DNA of 64,000 nucleotides from NCBI GenBank assembly GCA_958296135.2, contig CATQHZ020000001.1, positions 3,648,001-3,712,000 on the forward strand, in the 5' to 3' direction. The stretch is from an uncultured Poribacteria bacterium (GTDB taxonomy: Bacteria > Poribacteria > WGA-4E > WGA-3G). The notes beneath the pieces are model-generated. The model was not told where the DNA came from. It searched no databases and was given only the letters and a program-made list of their open reading frames with translations. Position numbers and translations under genes: made by a program. Positions 40,111-50,499 of this stretch are shown here, piece after piece; position 1 is the first letter of the stretch; each line of letters opens with the position of its first letter.

Positions 40111-40184
40111 CCCTCCTTTGTAACCATTCCGTGAACGGAACGTTTTATACAAAAACACAAAACCAAAGGAAACAAACTAACATC

Positions 40185-43088
40185 ATGCCACGAAGACTCA
40201 TCGAGGAGGCTTTTCCACTCCAAAAAGTCTCCGAGGATTCAACACACGAACAAAAGGTTAGCCGAGGAAAACCAAATAGCCTACATTATTGGCCCGCGCG
40301 CCGGCCCCTCGCCGCCTGCCGCGCCGTGACGATAGCCACACTCCTCCCAGATCCCGCCGACGCGCCGCAAGCCGTGAAGGACGAATACGAACGGCTCTCC
40401 GGCTCACCGATACCGAGCAGACAGCGGGAATATCTCTGCGATCTGATTGCGTCCCTCACACGATGGGGCACCGAAGACGGTGGAGCAAAGTGGAACGCGA
40501 ATAACCAGAAGGGACGCTGGCTCAACAAACTCCGCATCGCCAGAGAACTCATCCAGAAGGCTTACGGGGGACAGCCGCCGCACGTCATGGATATGTTCGC
40601 CGGTGGCGGCGCGATTCCGCTGGAAGCAATGCGCCTCGGTTGTCAAGTCACCGCGAACGACTATAACCCCGTGGCGTGGTTTCTCCTCAAATGCACATTG
40701 GAATACCCGCAGCGCCTCGCCGGAAAAACGCATCCCCTTCCCAAACTCAACCTCGCTGAACAGCCCGAACTGACAACCGGAAATCTCGCAGCGCACGTCC
40801 GTTTGTGGGGACAGTGGGTATTAGAAAAAGCCCGCGCCGAACTCACGCGCTACTATCCCCTAGTTGATGGCAAACCGACAGTCGCCTATCTCTGGGCCCG
40901 AACCGTTCCCTGTCAAGACCCGAGATGTGGTGGAACGGTGCCGCTCCTCAAAACTCTCTGGGTATGCAAAAAGCCGGAGAAAACCCTTCCTGACACCCAC
41001 GAAAATCGGCAACGGCCCGACTTTCTTCGGCTGAAGAAAACGAAAAATCAGACGAAAGTCATTATCAACGCGAAGCGCGCCCTCAAACTCCATCCGGATA
41101 AAGAGAAAAAGCAGGTCCGCTTTGAGATCGTCGCGCCGAAAGATGACAGCGAGGTCGATAAACCAACGATGTCCGGCACATCGGCGACTTGCCCCTTTTG
41201 CGGAGTCCAGCAACCGAAAACCTACATCAAACGATGCGGACAGGAGGGCAAACTCAAGGCACAAATGACAGCCGTAGTCTATCAGGAGACGTATGGCAAG
41301 GAATACCGTCCACCGACAGATGAGGACATTGATGCAGCGAAAATACCTGCGGAAGCATTGGAAGCGATCGCTAATGAAATTCCGCATGGAATCCCCGATG
41401 AACCGATGCCTGGGCCGAAAACACTCGGATTTAGCATCCCGCTCTACGGCTTCAAAAAGTGGTCGGATTTGTTCACAGATCGGCAGTTGTTGGCGTTGAT
41501 GACATTGGTGAAGTGGATACAAACAGTCAGAACAGAAATGGAGAGGTTAGGATACTCGCGAGAGTGGGTTGAAGCTGTACCTGCATACCTTGCAGTTCTG
41601 ATTAACAGAATCGCGGACTACAACTGCACCTGTGCAAACTGGCAGTCGAAGGATGAAGCGGTTTGTAGTCTGTTTGTCGCTGCGAGAATTCCAATTACTT
41701 GGGATTACGTTGAAACAAATATGATTGGCAATTCGGTTAGTTCGTATCAAAGCCATCGGTTACTGCAGCGTCAAGCGTTGTCCCACTTATTCGGCGGATC
41801 GCATTTTGGAGACCCTTTGCCCACGGTGAACTGTGGCGATATTCTGACGACAACGCTCCCCTCTAACGTAGATCTAATCTTAACAGATCCGCCATACTAC
41901 GATGCAATTCCTTATGCCGACACTTCTGACTTTTTCTTTGTCTGGAACAAAAGAAATGGGTTCACACCAGAAACACTTGGTTCTCAGACACCGGATTCAG
42001 TTGTGCCAAAAGAGGAAGAATTAATTCAGCATGCCGCTCGGTTTGGCGGATCTAACAATAAGGCGAAAACGTATTACACAGAAGGTATGACAAAAGCGTT
42101 TGAGAAAGCACATCGCGCTATGTCCGATGGGGCACTTTTCGTTATCGTCTTTGCCCACAAAGAACCAAATGCATGGGAGACACTGCTGAATGCGATTATT
42201 GGTGCCGGCTTTACTGTAACGGCATCGTGGCCAATTGATACAGAAAAACCAAATCGGCCTCGGGGTATGAATTCTGCTGCGCTCGCCACTTCCCTTTGGC
42301 TTGTTTGCCGAAAGCGGCACACAAGTGCAAGAGCGGGACATTACGGCAAAGTCAGACGCGACATGCACGAACGCATCACCGAACGCCTCCGCTATTTCTG
42401 GGATGTCGGAATCCGAGGTCCCGACTTCGTTTGGGCGGCAATCGGGCCCGCTTTGGAGAGTTATTCCCGTTATACGGAGGTGCGGCGCATGGATGGGAAA
42501 CCGTTCACAGTCACCGAATTTCTCAAAGAGGTTCGGCGGATGGTGACAGATTTCGCCTTGGGGGAAATTCTGCACGGCGCGAGCACGGAGGCGTTGGACG
42601 AATGGACGCGCTACTACCTGATGCACCGAGACTATTTCGAGACAGCAGACGCGCCTGTTGGTGAGTGTATCCTGTTAGCGCAGGGATATGGCTTATCGTT
42701 GGACGATTTATCGGCGAAGGACATCGGCATATTGAAGCGGACCTCGTCGGGCAATAAACGCCGTTTGTTGGGACACACCGAGCGCACTTCATCTCAGGTG
42801 GGATTACCGCACGCCTCCGGCGAACTTCCGATGATAGACAAGATTCACCGCGTCATGAATTTTTGGGCGGAGGGTGAGAGAGCCCTGCTTGATGCCTATT
42901 TCCATGAGCAGGGACTTGGTGAAAACGAGCTCTTCAAGGCTGTCGTTCAGGCACTGATTGAAACGAGTCACGATGCCAAAGCGCGTTCGCTTTTGGAGAC
43001 GTTGATGGGTTATGAACCGGGTGATTACGCCTCGGTGCCCTCAACTACCGTGGCCGAATCGCAGCAATATTTTGAAGGTGTCCGGTAA
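40185..43088 (+). CDS. DUF1156 adenine-specific DNA methyltransferase
   Basis: RLIEEAFP, LHYWPARRPLAACRA, DMFAGGGAIPLEA, YLWART..C, TDPPYYD, SWPIDTE. Confidence 0.9.
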   Translation: MPRRLIEEAFPLQKVSEDSTHEQKVSRGKPNSLHYWPARRPLAACRAVTIATLLPDPADAPQAVKDEYERLSGSPIPSRQREYLCDLIASLTRWGTEDGGAKWNANNQKGRWLNKLRIARELIQKAYGGQPPHVMDMFAGGGAIPLEAMRLGCQVTANDYNPVAWFLLKCTLEYPQRLAGKTHPLPKLNLAEQPELTTGNLAAHVRLWGQWVLEKARAELTRYYPLVDGKPTVAYLWARTVPCQDPRCGGTVPLLKTLWVCKKPEKTLPDTHENRQRPDFLRLKKTKNQTKVIINAKRALKLHPDKEKKQVRFEIVAPKDDSEVDKPTMSGTSATCPFCGVQQPKTYIKRCGQEGKLKAQMTAVVYQETYGKEYRPPTDEDIDAAKIPAEALEAIANEIPHGIPDEPMPGPKTLGFSIPLYGFKKWSDLFTDRQLLALMTLVKWIQTVRTEMERLGYSREWVEAVPAYLAVLINRIADYNCTCANWQSKDEAVCSLFVAARIPITWDYVETNMIGNSVSSYQSHRLLQRQALSHLFGGSHFGDPLPTVNCGDILTTTLPSNVDLILTDPPYYDAIPYADTSDFFFVWNKRNGFTPETLGSQTPDSVVPKEEELIQHAARFGGSNNKAKTYYTEGMTKAFEKAHRAMSDGALFVIVFAHKEPNAWETLLNAIIGAGFTVTASWPIDTEKPNRPRGMNSAALATSLWLVCRKRHTSARAGHYGKVRRDMHERITERLRYFWDVGIRGPDFVWAAIGPALESYSRYTEVRRMDGKPFTVTEFLKEVRRMVTDFALGEILHGASTEALDEWTRYYLMHRDYFETADAPVGECILLAQGYGLSLDDLSAKDIGILKRTSSGNKRRLLGHTERTSSQVGLPHASGELPMIDKIHRVMNFWAEGERALLDAYFHEQGLGENELFKAVVQALIETSHDAKARSLLETLMGYEPGDYASVPSTTVAESQQYFEGVR

Positions 43089-43233
43089 TCTCTCAACTCT
43101 CCCCTGTAGGAGAGCCCTCCCGGTCTCGATGGGTGCAATATCGGGACAAGGATGTCCCTCCTACCCCAGAACAGGAGAGACCCCCCGGTCTCGATTCCCT
43201 CCTAAATCGTTTTGACCGTTGCGTTTTTTTATC

Positions 43234-43262
43234 TTGACATTTTTGCGGAATTTTGGTATAAT
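43234..43262 (+). promoter_or_regulatory. Consensus sigma70 promoter
   Basis: TTGACA-17 nt-TATAAT with an extended TG; GGAGG RBS and ATG 43294 follow. Confidence 0.75.
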
Positions 43263-43293
43263 AATATCTATCTTTAAACAGGAGGCAGGACAG

Positions 43294-43730
43294 ATGAAAT
43301 TAGGGTTCCTATTTCTCCTCCTCGGTCTGATGCTCTTTAACGCGTCGGCGTTTGGCGAACTGAGCGTTGAGGATATCGAGAAAATTCGCGCAATCGTCAA
43401 GGAGATTGTTGCCCAAGAAATCGCGAAAGTCACCGGCAAAATTGATGGAATCACCGGCAGAATTGACAGAATCGATAAACAGTTAGATCGAAACTTTGCC
43501 TTGATTTTGGCACTGATAGCATTCATGGGTGTCGTCATCGGGCTTCCGCAATTCCTTGAGAGAAAAAAAGATGCGAACAAGAGAGGCAGATTGCGGTGCA
43601 GCAACAACAAATTTTGGCGCAACAGCGGCAAATCGACGAGTTGTACCGGAAAATAGATGCCCTAACCCAAGGTGGCCCTCCAGGGTTGAACGCCGGCGTA
43701 GGCACCGAAGACGTTCCCCGCAGTTCATAA
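43294..43730 (+). CDS. Small exported coiled-coil/TM protein, apparent frameshift at A7 (43563-43569)
   Basis: Signal peptide, ELSVEDIEKIRAIVKE coiled coil, TM. One extra A continues into EQERQIAVQQQQILAQQRQIDELYRKIDAL, ending at TAA 43730. Confidence 0.6.
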
Positions 43731-43775
43731 TGAGAGTTGGAGAGATTCCAAAGATAGCCAAGGAGACAGAAACAG

Positions 43776-46700
43776 ATGAGCGCATGGCATGAAAACTGCA
43801 TTTTAAGAGATGACGTGCGGGAAGGCACGCTGACGCTTGCAGACTTCGCCGCAGATCTTTACGGCGTGCGGACAGGCGACGCGCCGCCTGTCTATCGCTT
43901 CGCCGAGGCGTTTTTCGAGAGCACCTACCCCACGCATAATCTCAAGACATTGGTGCGAGACGTGCTGCTTCGGTTGTCGGGCAGCCCCGAGGGTAAGCCG
44001 GTTACCCGCGTCCAAGTCGCTTACGGCGGCGGCAAAACGCATGCACTCATCGCGCTGTTGCATCTGGCAGAAGGTGGCGATGCCCTGGAAAAATATCCAA
44101 CCGTGCAGGAGTTCATCGGGTTCAGTGGCCTAAACCGCCTCCCAAAAGCCCGGGCCGCCCTGTTACCCTTCGACAAATTTGACGTGTTAGAGGGACTCTC
44201 GGTGCGGAGCCCCGACGGTGAATGGCGGCAAGTGAAAACACCGTGGGGCGCGCTGGCGTATCAACTGGCGGGAGAGGCAGGCTTGGAAAAAGTCGCGGCG
44301 CATGAAGCAGATTATACCCCACCAGCGGAACCAATTCTGGTCGAACTCCTGAAAATGCCGCAAGCGGATGAACGCGCCACGCTCATCTTGATTGACGAAG
44401 CACTCATCTATCTGCGCAGTGCTGTCAACGCTGACCCGAGGCGATTGGGAACCTTGCAGGATTTTTTCCAAATGCTGACGCAAGCCGTCGACAAAATCGA
44501 ACGTGCCGCCCTCGTTGCAAGCCTCATCAGCTCAGATAGTGCCACAAATGATCCGACTGGCACACAAGCCTTGGCTGCGATGGAGCATGTCTTTCGGCGC
44601 GTCGAAGAAACGGTTGAACCGCTCTCGCATGACGATATCTCAGAATTGCTGCGGCGGCGGTTGTTTGAAGATGTGGGGAATGACAAGACACATCGGGCTA
44701 TCGTCGGTAGCCTAATCGGCACGATGCGAAGATTACCGCTACCCAATTCACTGACAGATCCGGCGGCATCCGAACGCTTCTTAAAATCTTACCCGTTTCA
44801 CCCAGATCTGATTGAGATCTTCTATCAAAAATGGACGCAACTCAATGGCTTCCAAAAGACCCGGGGGATGCTTCGCACGTTTGCAACCGCCCTGAAAGAA
44901 GCTGATGGGAGAGACACCGCCGCTTTTGTCGGACCGGGCGTGTTGCTCGGAACCGTTGGCGAACCGTCAAAAGCTGTTCAGGAACTTATTCTGGCGTGTG
45001 AAGAGGGCAATCAGTGGACACCCATCCTCACGGGGGAACTTGAGAGAGCCCGCGCTGTGCAAGAAAAGCTGCCATCTCTCAGAAACCGAGAAATTGAGAC
45101 AGCGGTGCTTGCTACCTTCTTGCATTCCCAACCGCAAGGAAAGAAAGCGGAAACGACAGACCTCTATCTGTTGCTCGCACATCCAGACGTAGACCCGATG
45201 TCGGTAGAGCAAGGGCTTTCGGAGTGGCGAAAGCACTCATGGTTCCTCAAAGAAGACGAAGACACCTGGGCACTAGGGACAGCAGCAAATCTCACGAACA
45301 TGCATGTCCGGGCAATGGGAAGAGTGACTGAAGAACAGATTAGCGACGATTTGGTGAAGCGGATAAGTGATGCCAAACTCGGACAGAATAGCGATAAGGT
45401 GGCCGTTCACGCATTCCCCGATTCACCAGCCGATGTCTCTGATACCCCCGAACTCCACTTTGTCATCGCCGGCCCCGAACACGCCGAGGTTCCAGGGACA
45501 GATGTCCCTTCATCCCTCAAAGCGTTTTTTGAGAGAACCTACCGGAACAGCGTCATCGTGCTCGCCCCTGAACACTCCCAACTCACAGGATTGCGCCAAC
45601 GTATCCGTAAAATTCTGGGATGGGAGAACATTGAGAGAAGTGACGAGATAAACCTTTTGACCGGCTCCCAGGAAGCACTACTACGACAGCGCAAGCGAGA
45701 GGATAGAACCGGTATCTCAGACGCTGTCAAATCGATTTATAAGGTCCTCATTGCAGTTGACGAGGATGGCGAAATTGCGGCGCGTCAGTTACCACACGGG
45801 ACAGACTCACCTTTTGAGCGCGTGAAGGCATTTTTGGTAGACGAGGATAGACTTCTGGAAACAACACTCGATCCGGATCTGCTCACCCCAGCAGAGAGTT
45901 ACTTTGAGTTGTGGGGCGACACTGAAACAGCAAAACCAGTCCAAGGACTGTATGGCATGTTTGCCAGTCTCCCTCGTCTGCCTCGATTGCTGAGCCGACA
46001 GGTATTCATTGAGTCGCTGCGGCGCGGCGTTACGGAGGGACGGATTGTCCTCCGCGCACCCCGGCCAGACGGTTCGCAGCGCACCTATTGGCGCGATGCA
46101 CCCGCTGATGAAGACTTCTGGCAAAAAGACTTAGAAATCGTTCCGATCGAGCACGCCGAACTCCACGAACTTAGTCCAGAACTCTTGCGCCCAGGACGAT
46201 TACCCGCCTTGTGGCCGAACGAGAATGTTCCGGTGACAGTACCTGCAATTCGGGAATTTTTTAATGGAGACGACGTTCCGAAACTCGCATCTGACGCTGT
46301 GTTTTTGGAGGCAGTCAAAGAGACAGTCCGGTCGGGTGTCCTCATGGCGCGCAGCGGCGACAAAGCCTATTTGACGGAAGTCATTCCGGACGCGGAACTC
46401 ACTGACGAATTGGAGTTGCTCGCGCCGCTCTCACCTATTCGCGGCTCAGAACTCAGCCGAGAGGCCTTGCCAGAGGCGTGGGAGGGAGGAACTTCGTCTA
46501 TCGGCAAAGTGATGCAGGCACTGGCGAAGCACAAAGGCTCGCCAATCCCGTGGCAGCTGATTGTTACTGCCATCAACGAAGGATTGGGTGGCAATCTCTT
46601 TAAAATCGCTAGCGGAGGTCCTTCGTGGCCTTGTGATTTTGATGTGGCAGATAAAATCGGTCTGCAAGTTTCACAAGATTCTGTTGCGCCGCCATCGCTG

Positions 46701-46943
46701 CCCGATCCCCCTGGCTTGTCCGACAAACCATGGGCAAGGCAGGCCGCGTCAACCCTCACTGAAACCGAGATTCAGGATTTCGCGAAAATAATCGGCGATT
46801 TGACTGAGATCGCACCAGATATTGACTTTCAATTCCACATCTCAATTACGGCTACTACCGAAGGAGGACAGCCATCATCGGAGGTGTTGGCACAAATAAA
46901 CGAGCATCTGCGCAAAATTGCGGATAAGTTGAAGTTTGGTTAA
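43776..46943 (+). CDS. DUF499 family AAA+ ATPase
   Basis: FAADL, TYPT, YGGGKTH, TPWGALAYQL, LIDE, YPFHP, FQKTRG. Confidence 0.9.
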   Translation: MSAWHENCILRDDVREGTLTLADFAADLYGVRTGDAPPVYRFAEAFFESTYPTHNLKTLVRDVLLRLSGSPEGKPVTRVQVAYGGGKTHALIALLHLAEGGDALEKYPTVQEFIGFSGLNRLPKARAALLPFDKFDVLEGLSVRSPDGEWRQVKTPWGALAYQLAGEAGLEKVAAHEADYTPPAEPILVELLKMPQADERATLILIDEALIYLRSAVNADPRRLGTLQDFFQMLTQAVDKIERAALVASLISSDSATNDPTGTQALAAMEHVFRRVEETVEPLSHDDISELLRRRLFEDVGNDKTHRAIVGSLIGTMRRLPLPNSLTDPAASERFLKSYPFHPDLIEIFYQKWTQLNGFQKTRGMLRTFATALKEADGRDTAAFVGPGVLLGTVGEPSKAVQELILACEEGNQWTPILTGELERARAVQEKLPSLRNREIETAVLATFLHSQPQGKKAETTDLYLLLAHPDVDPMSVEQGLSEWRKHSWFLKEDEDTWALGTAANLTNMHVRAMGRVTEEQISDDLVKRISDAKLGQNSDKVAVHAFPDSPADVSDTPELHFVIAGPEHAEVPGTDVPSSLKAFFERTYRNSVIVLAPEHSQLTGLRQRIRKILGWENIERSDEINLLTGSQEALLRQRKREDRTGISDAVKSIYKVLIAVDEDGEIAARQLPHGTDSPFERVKAFLVDEDRLLETTLDPDLLTPAESYFELWGDTETAKPVQGLYGMFASLPRLPRLLSRQVFIESLRRGVTEGRIVLRAPRPDGSQRTYWRDAPADEDFWQKDLEIVPIEHAELHELSPELLRPGRLPALWPNENVPVTVPAIREFFNGDDVPKLASDAVFLEAVKETVRSGVLMARSGDKAYLTEVIPDAELTDELELLAPLSPIRGSELSREALPEAWEGGTSSIGKVMQALAKHKGSPIPWQLIVTAINEGLGGNLFKIASGGPSWPCDFDVADKIGLQVSQDSVAPPSLPDPPGLSDKPWARQAASTLTETEIQDFAKIIGDLTEIAPDIDFQFHISITATTEGGQPSSEVLAQINEHLRKIADKLKFG

Positions 46944-47045
46944 TCGAGCGGTAGGAGAGACCTCGGGGCTCGACACCCCGCCCCGGTAGGAGAGACCTCC
47001 CGGGCTCGACTCTCCTCCCGGTCGCGACAAAAAGGAGAAAACCAC

Positions 47046-47591
47046 ATGGCAAAACGAAAGAAATTATTCGGCATGAACCATTACCAAAAGAAATCGCACC
47101 GCCGCCGCGAAGACCGGCTCCGCGGCAACGAGGTGGCATACTACCTCGCACTCGCCTACTCTGACAATCCGGATGAGCGCGTCATCGCTATGGACAACCT
47201 CTGTCCCTGCCACGTCCGAAAACGCATTGACAAGGTCTGGGTAGCACTCTTCAGAGGCCTGGTAGACCCGGATCTGCGCGTCCGACGCGCCGCATGGCAT
47301 ACGCTTGAAGACGGCGGAAACCCCGACGACCCGAGGCTGGAACCCCTCCTTGAGAAAATCGCAAAGGAGGAAACCGACCCGAGGCTCCGCCAAAACGCGC
47401 TCGACCTCATCGCCGAGAAGCAGCAGACGGAAGCCCAGAAAAACGCGCTCATCGGACTGAAGGCGGACTACTTTTCCGGGAAATGTGATTGGTGCGGCGA
47501 GAAAAACGTGCCAGTCACCCACGATTACGAAACCGAAATTGAAGTCGGTAATACCAAGCGGTTCGCGCTCACCTGCGAGGATTGTGGGTAA
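47046..47591 (+). CDS. HEAT-repeat protein with C-terminal CxxC...CxxC
   Basis: LCPCHV, DPDLRVRRAAWHTL, DPRLRQNA; CDWC/CEDC; AGGAG RBS. Confidence 0.7.
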   Translation: MAKRKKLFGMNHYQKKSHRRREDRLRGNEVAYYLALAYSDNPDERVIAMDNLCPCHVRKRIDKVWVALFRGLVDPDLRVRRAAWHTLEDGGNPDDPRLEPLLEKIAKEETDPRLRQNALDLIAEKQQTEAQKNALIGLKADYFSGKCDWCGEKNVPVTHDYETEIEVGNTKRFALTCEDCG

Positions 47592-47774
47592 GCACGGCGC
47601 GCCTACCGAACCCCAGGACGATTCAGTTTCCGGATAAACGATAAGGGACAGATTGCTTGATGGAGAGATATAGAAATCTGCCCTTACAATCTTTATCTGT
47701 CGAAAAAAAATTGAAGAAAATCTGCCCATCACATAACTAACCTATTAACATCTGAAAAAGGTGATAACGATTCT

Positions 47775-48341
47775 ATGATTCCTGATGATGTCTATGTCCA
47801 CAAAACCGTAGAAGGCGATGCGGAGGCGTTCAACGAACTCGTCAGTCGCCACCATGCGAAGATATACGGGCTGGCGTACCGGATGCTCGGCAATGCTGAC
47901 GATGCCGCCGATGCAACGCAAGAGACGTTTTACGAGGCTTACAAATCGCTTAAATCGTTTCAATTTCAGGCGCAGTTCGGCACATGGCTGTATCGCATCG
48001 GCATTAACACCTGCCAGCAGTATGTCCGCAAGGCGCAATCGCGCGAACGAACGCTGACTGCCTATACCGATGAGGTTGCAGTCCGGGGGGTTGCCTCGGA
48101 CAAATACTCGCCTGAACGGCTCGCGCTCAAGGCGGAGCAGAAGCAAATCGTTCAGGAGGCCATCAATCGGCTACCACCGAAGCAGCGCGAGGTAGTCACG
48201 CTGTTCTACATGCAACACCTGAAATACCGGGAGATCGCCGAAGTCTTGGACTGTTCCGAAGGAACGGTCGCGTCCCGGTTGAATCAGGCGTTGAAGAACC
48301 TCAAGAAGAAGTTGAGCAAGTATTACCACTCCCCGGAATAG
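47775..48341 (+). CDS. ECF RNA polymerase sigma factor
   Basis: GDAEAFNELV, DATQETF, FGTWLYRI, LPPKQREV...YREIAEVLDCSEGTVASRL. Confidence 0.93.
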   Translation: MIPDDVYVHKTVEGDAEAFNELVSRHHAKIYGLAYRMLGNADDAADATQETFYEAYKSLKSFQFQAQFGTWLYRIGINTCQQYVRKAQSRERTLTAYTDEVAVRGVASDKYSPERLALKAEQKQIVQEAINRLPPKQREVVTLFYMQHLKYREIAEVLDCSEGTVASRLNQALKNLKKKLSKYYHSPE

Positions 48342-48440
48342 TTGCACTGACCTGGGCGTGCAGGATACTTTATGCCTAGTGCAGCCGAAAGGTAACCCGC
48401 CAAGCCAACCAAACCTAACGCTTGGCGCAAAGAGAAAAAT

Positions 48441-49148
48441 ATGAATTGTGAACAAACTCGTAAACAGCTCGTTTTACACCGCGGGGGGGCCGCCGGCTCC
48501 CGCGAGGCGCAAAGTGCCTCCTTGCAACACCTCCGCACTTGCACCGCCTGTCAGGTCGAGTATGAGGCGTTGTGGCACACGGCAACGGTGCTAGAGAATA
48601 CAGAAGCACCGATGCCGCCGGCGGGACTGTTGGCGCAGATCCAGCAGGGTATTCGGCACCTCCATAAACGGCGACAAGTCGCGTTCTTCGCGAACCCGAT
48701 GTCGTGGTGCTTCGACCGGCTGAAGGTAGAGTTATCGCCGCGCCTCGTCAACGCCATTGCGATGCTCTGCTACGTGCTCGCCTCCGCGTTCCTCGTCAAA
48801 CTCGCGTTTTTCAACGGTGCCCCAGAACCCGAATTCGGTTTGACAGCCATGGAAGAAAGCCGCCTCCGACACGTGCGGATGTCGCGCGCTTCGTGGGGAC
48901 TGCTCAAAGGGGCCGAGAAAGAACGCACCGCAACCGTGGCCGTACCAGCACAGAAATCCGAACTCGCTGAAAAGCGTTTTCGGGCGGTTCCGCAAAATAC
49001 ACAGCCGGTAAACCAATTCTTTACGCTAGATGCCGTTGAGATGTGGATGCCGCAAGCCGTCGATACCTCTGACACCTTGCAACGCGAAGTGCAGACGACC
49101 GATCAGAAATTGACGGTATTTTGGAACCACATCAAGACGAGTCTATAG
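48441..49148 (+). CDS. Zinc-binding anti-sigma factor
   Basis: MNC...HLRTCTAC (HxxxCxxC) and a TM segment; follows the ECF sigma gene. Confidence 0.8.
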   Translation: MNCEQTRKQLVLHRGGAAGSREAQSASLQHLRTCTACQVEYEALWHTATVLENTEAPMPPAGLLAQIQQGIRHLHKRRQVAFFANPMSWCFDRLKVELSPRLVNAIAMLCYVLASAFLVKLAFFNGAPEPEFGLTAMEESRLRHVRMSRASWGLLKGAEKERTATVAVPAQKSELAEKRFRAVPQNTQPVNQFFTLDAVEMWMPQAVDTSDTLQREVQTTDQKLTVFWNHIKTSL

Positions 49149-49166
49149 ACGCGATCTCCCCCTGTC

Positions 49167-49197
49167 GTTCGGGCTCGAATGAGCCCGAACTCCTTTT
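49167..49197 (+). terminator. Intrinsic terminator
   Basis: GTTCGGGCTC-gaat-GAGCCCGAAC stem followed by TCCTTTT. Confidence 0.6.
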
Positions 49198-49374
49198 AAT
49201 CTCCCTCCATTTTGTCTGAAACAAGATTCACAGGATGAGGTCTCTCCCACAAGGCGGGGTTTTCTCCGAAAACAACCTGTGTTATACCCCTAATCTTCCT
49301 ACGGATCTAAAGTAGTTTTTCCCTTAACATAATCCTAGAAATCTTGCGAATCCTGAAAGCCCTGCTTAAAAAAC

Positions 49375-49403
49375 TTGACAGAAAACCCTTTTTTGTGTAA
49401 AAT
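49375..49403 (+). promoter_or_regulatory. Sigma70 promoter of the peptide ABC operon
   Basis: TTGACA-17 nt-TAAAAT. Confidence 0.65.
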
Positions 49404-49453
49404 GTGTCACATTACTTAAAACGTTTTGCGCGAGAGAGGAGCATCGCGAGCGG

Positions 49454-50473
49454 ATGGCATCAACAACCGAAAACTCTTATGAAAAACCGCTACTGGAAAT
49501 CGCGGGCCTGAAGACAGTCTTTCCAACAGACGATGGCATCGTCAACGCCGTGAACGATGTCAGTTTTGAAATTGCACGCGGGCAAACCGTCGGCGTTGTC
49601 GGCGAAAGCGGTTGCGGGAAAAGCATTACCGGGCTGTCGCTGCTCCAACTTGTGCCATCGCCGGGGCGCATTGAGGCGGGGCAACTCCTGTTCCACCGCA
49701 ACGGCGACGAAACGCCGCTGGACATCGCCCAGGTCTCCCCGAAAAGTGAGTTGATGCGCCAGATTCGCGGCAACGAAATCGCCATCATCTTCCAAGAACC
49801 GATGACATCCCTCAATCCTGTCTACACCGTCGGCAATCAGATTGCAGAGGCGGTTAAGCTGCACGAGGGAGTTAACAAGCAAACGGCGCGCGAACGTGCT
49901 ATTGAGATGCTCGCCCGGGTCGGTATTCCTGCACCCGCGCAGCGCGTTGACGAATACCCGCATCAACTCTCCGGCGGGATGCGGCAGCGCGTCATGATTG
50001 CGATGGCACTCTGTTGTTCGCCAGCCCTCCTCATCGCCGATGAACCAACGACAGCCTTGGATGTCACCATCCAAGCGCAGGTGCTCGCGCTCATGCAGGA
50101 GCTCCAAGATGAGATGGGGATGGCCATTATGCTCATTACGCACGACCTCGGGGTTATCGCAGAGCTCGCCGATGAAGTCGTTGTGATGTATGCAGGACGC
50201 GTCGTCGAAAAGGGAAGCGTTGACGATATTTTCTATAACCCGTTGCATCCCTATACGCGCGGATTGCTCAAATCTATCCCCATCCTCGGCGGCACCGCGC
50301 AGGAAACGTTGTCCTCTATTCCGGGGACGGTGCCGCATCCGTTGGCACTGCCTCTCGGTTGCTCGTTCGCGCCCCGATGCACGGAACGGATGCCGGCCTG
50401 TGAACAGATGCCGGAACTCAAAATCGTTGACAATAAACACGCAGCGCGGTGTTGGCTGCACGAAAAAATGTAA
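49454..50473 (+). CDS. Oligopeptide/dipeptide ABC ATPase (OppD/DppD-like)
   Basis: [35 protein letters not shown]-terminal Cys cluster. Confidence 0.93.
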   Translation: MASTTENSYEKPLLEIAGLKTVFPTDDGIVNAVNDVSFEIARGQTVGVVGESGCGKSITGLSLLQLVPSPGRIEAGQLLFHRNGDETPLDIAQVSPKSELMRQIRGNEIAIIFQEPMTSLNPVYTVGNQIAEAVKLHEGVNKQTARERAIEMLARVGIPAPAQRVDEYPHQLSGGMRQRVMIAMALCCSPALLIADEPTTALDVTIQAQVLALMQELQDEMGMAIMLITHDLGVIAELADEVVVMYAGRVVEKGSVDDIFYNPLHPYTRGLLKSIPILGGTAQETLSSIPGTVPHPLALPLGCSFAPRCTERMPACEQMPELKIVDNKHAARCWLHEKM

Positions 50474-50499
50474 AGACTGATCGCTGATAGACAATAATC

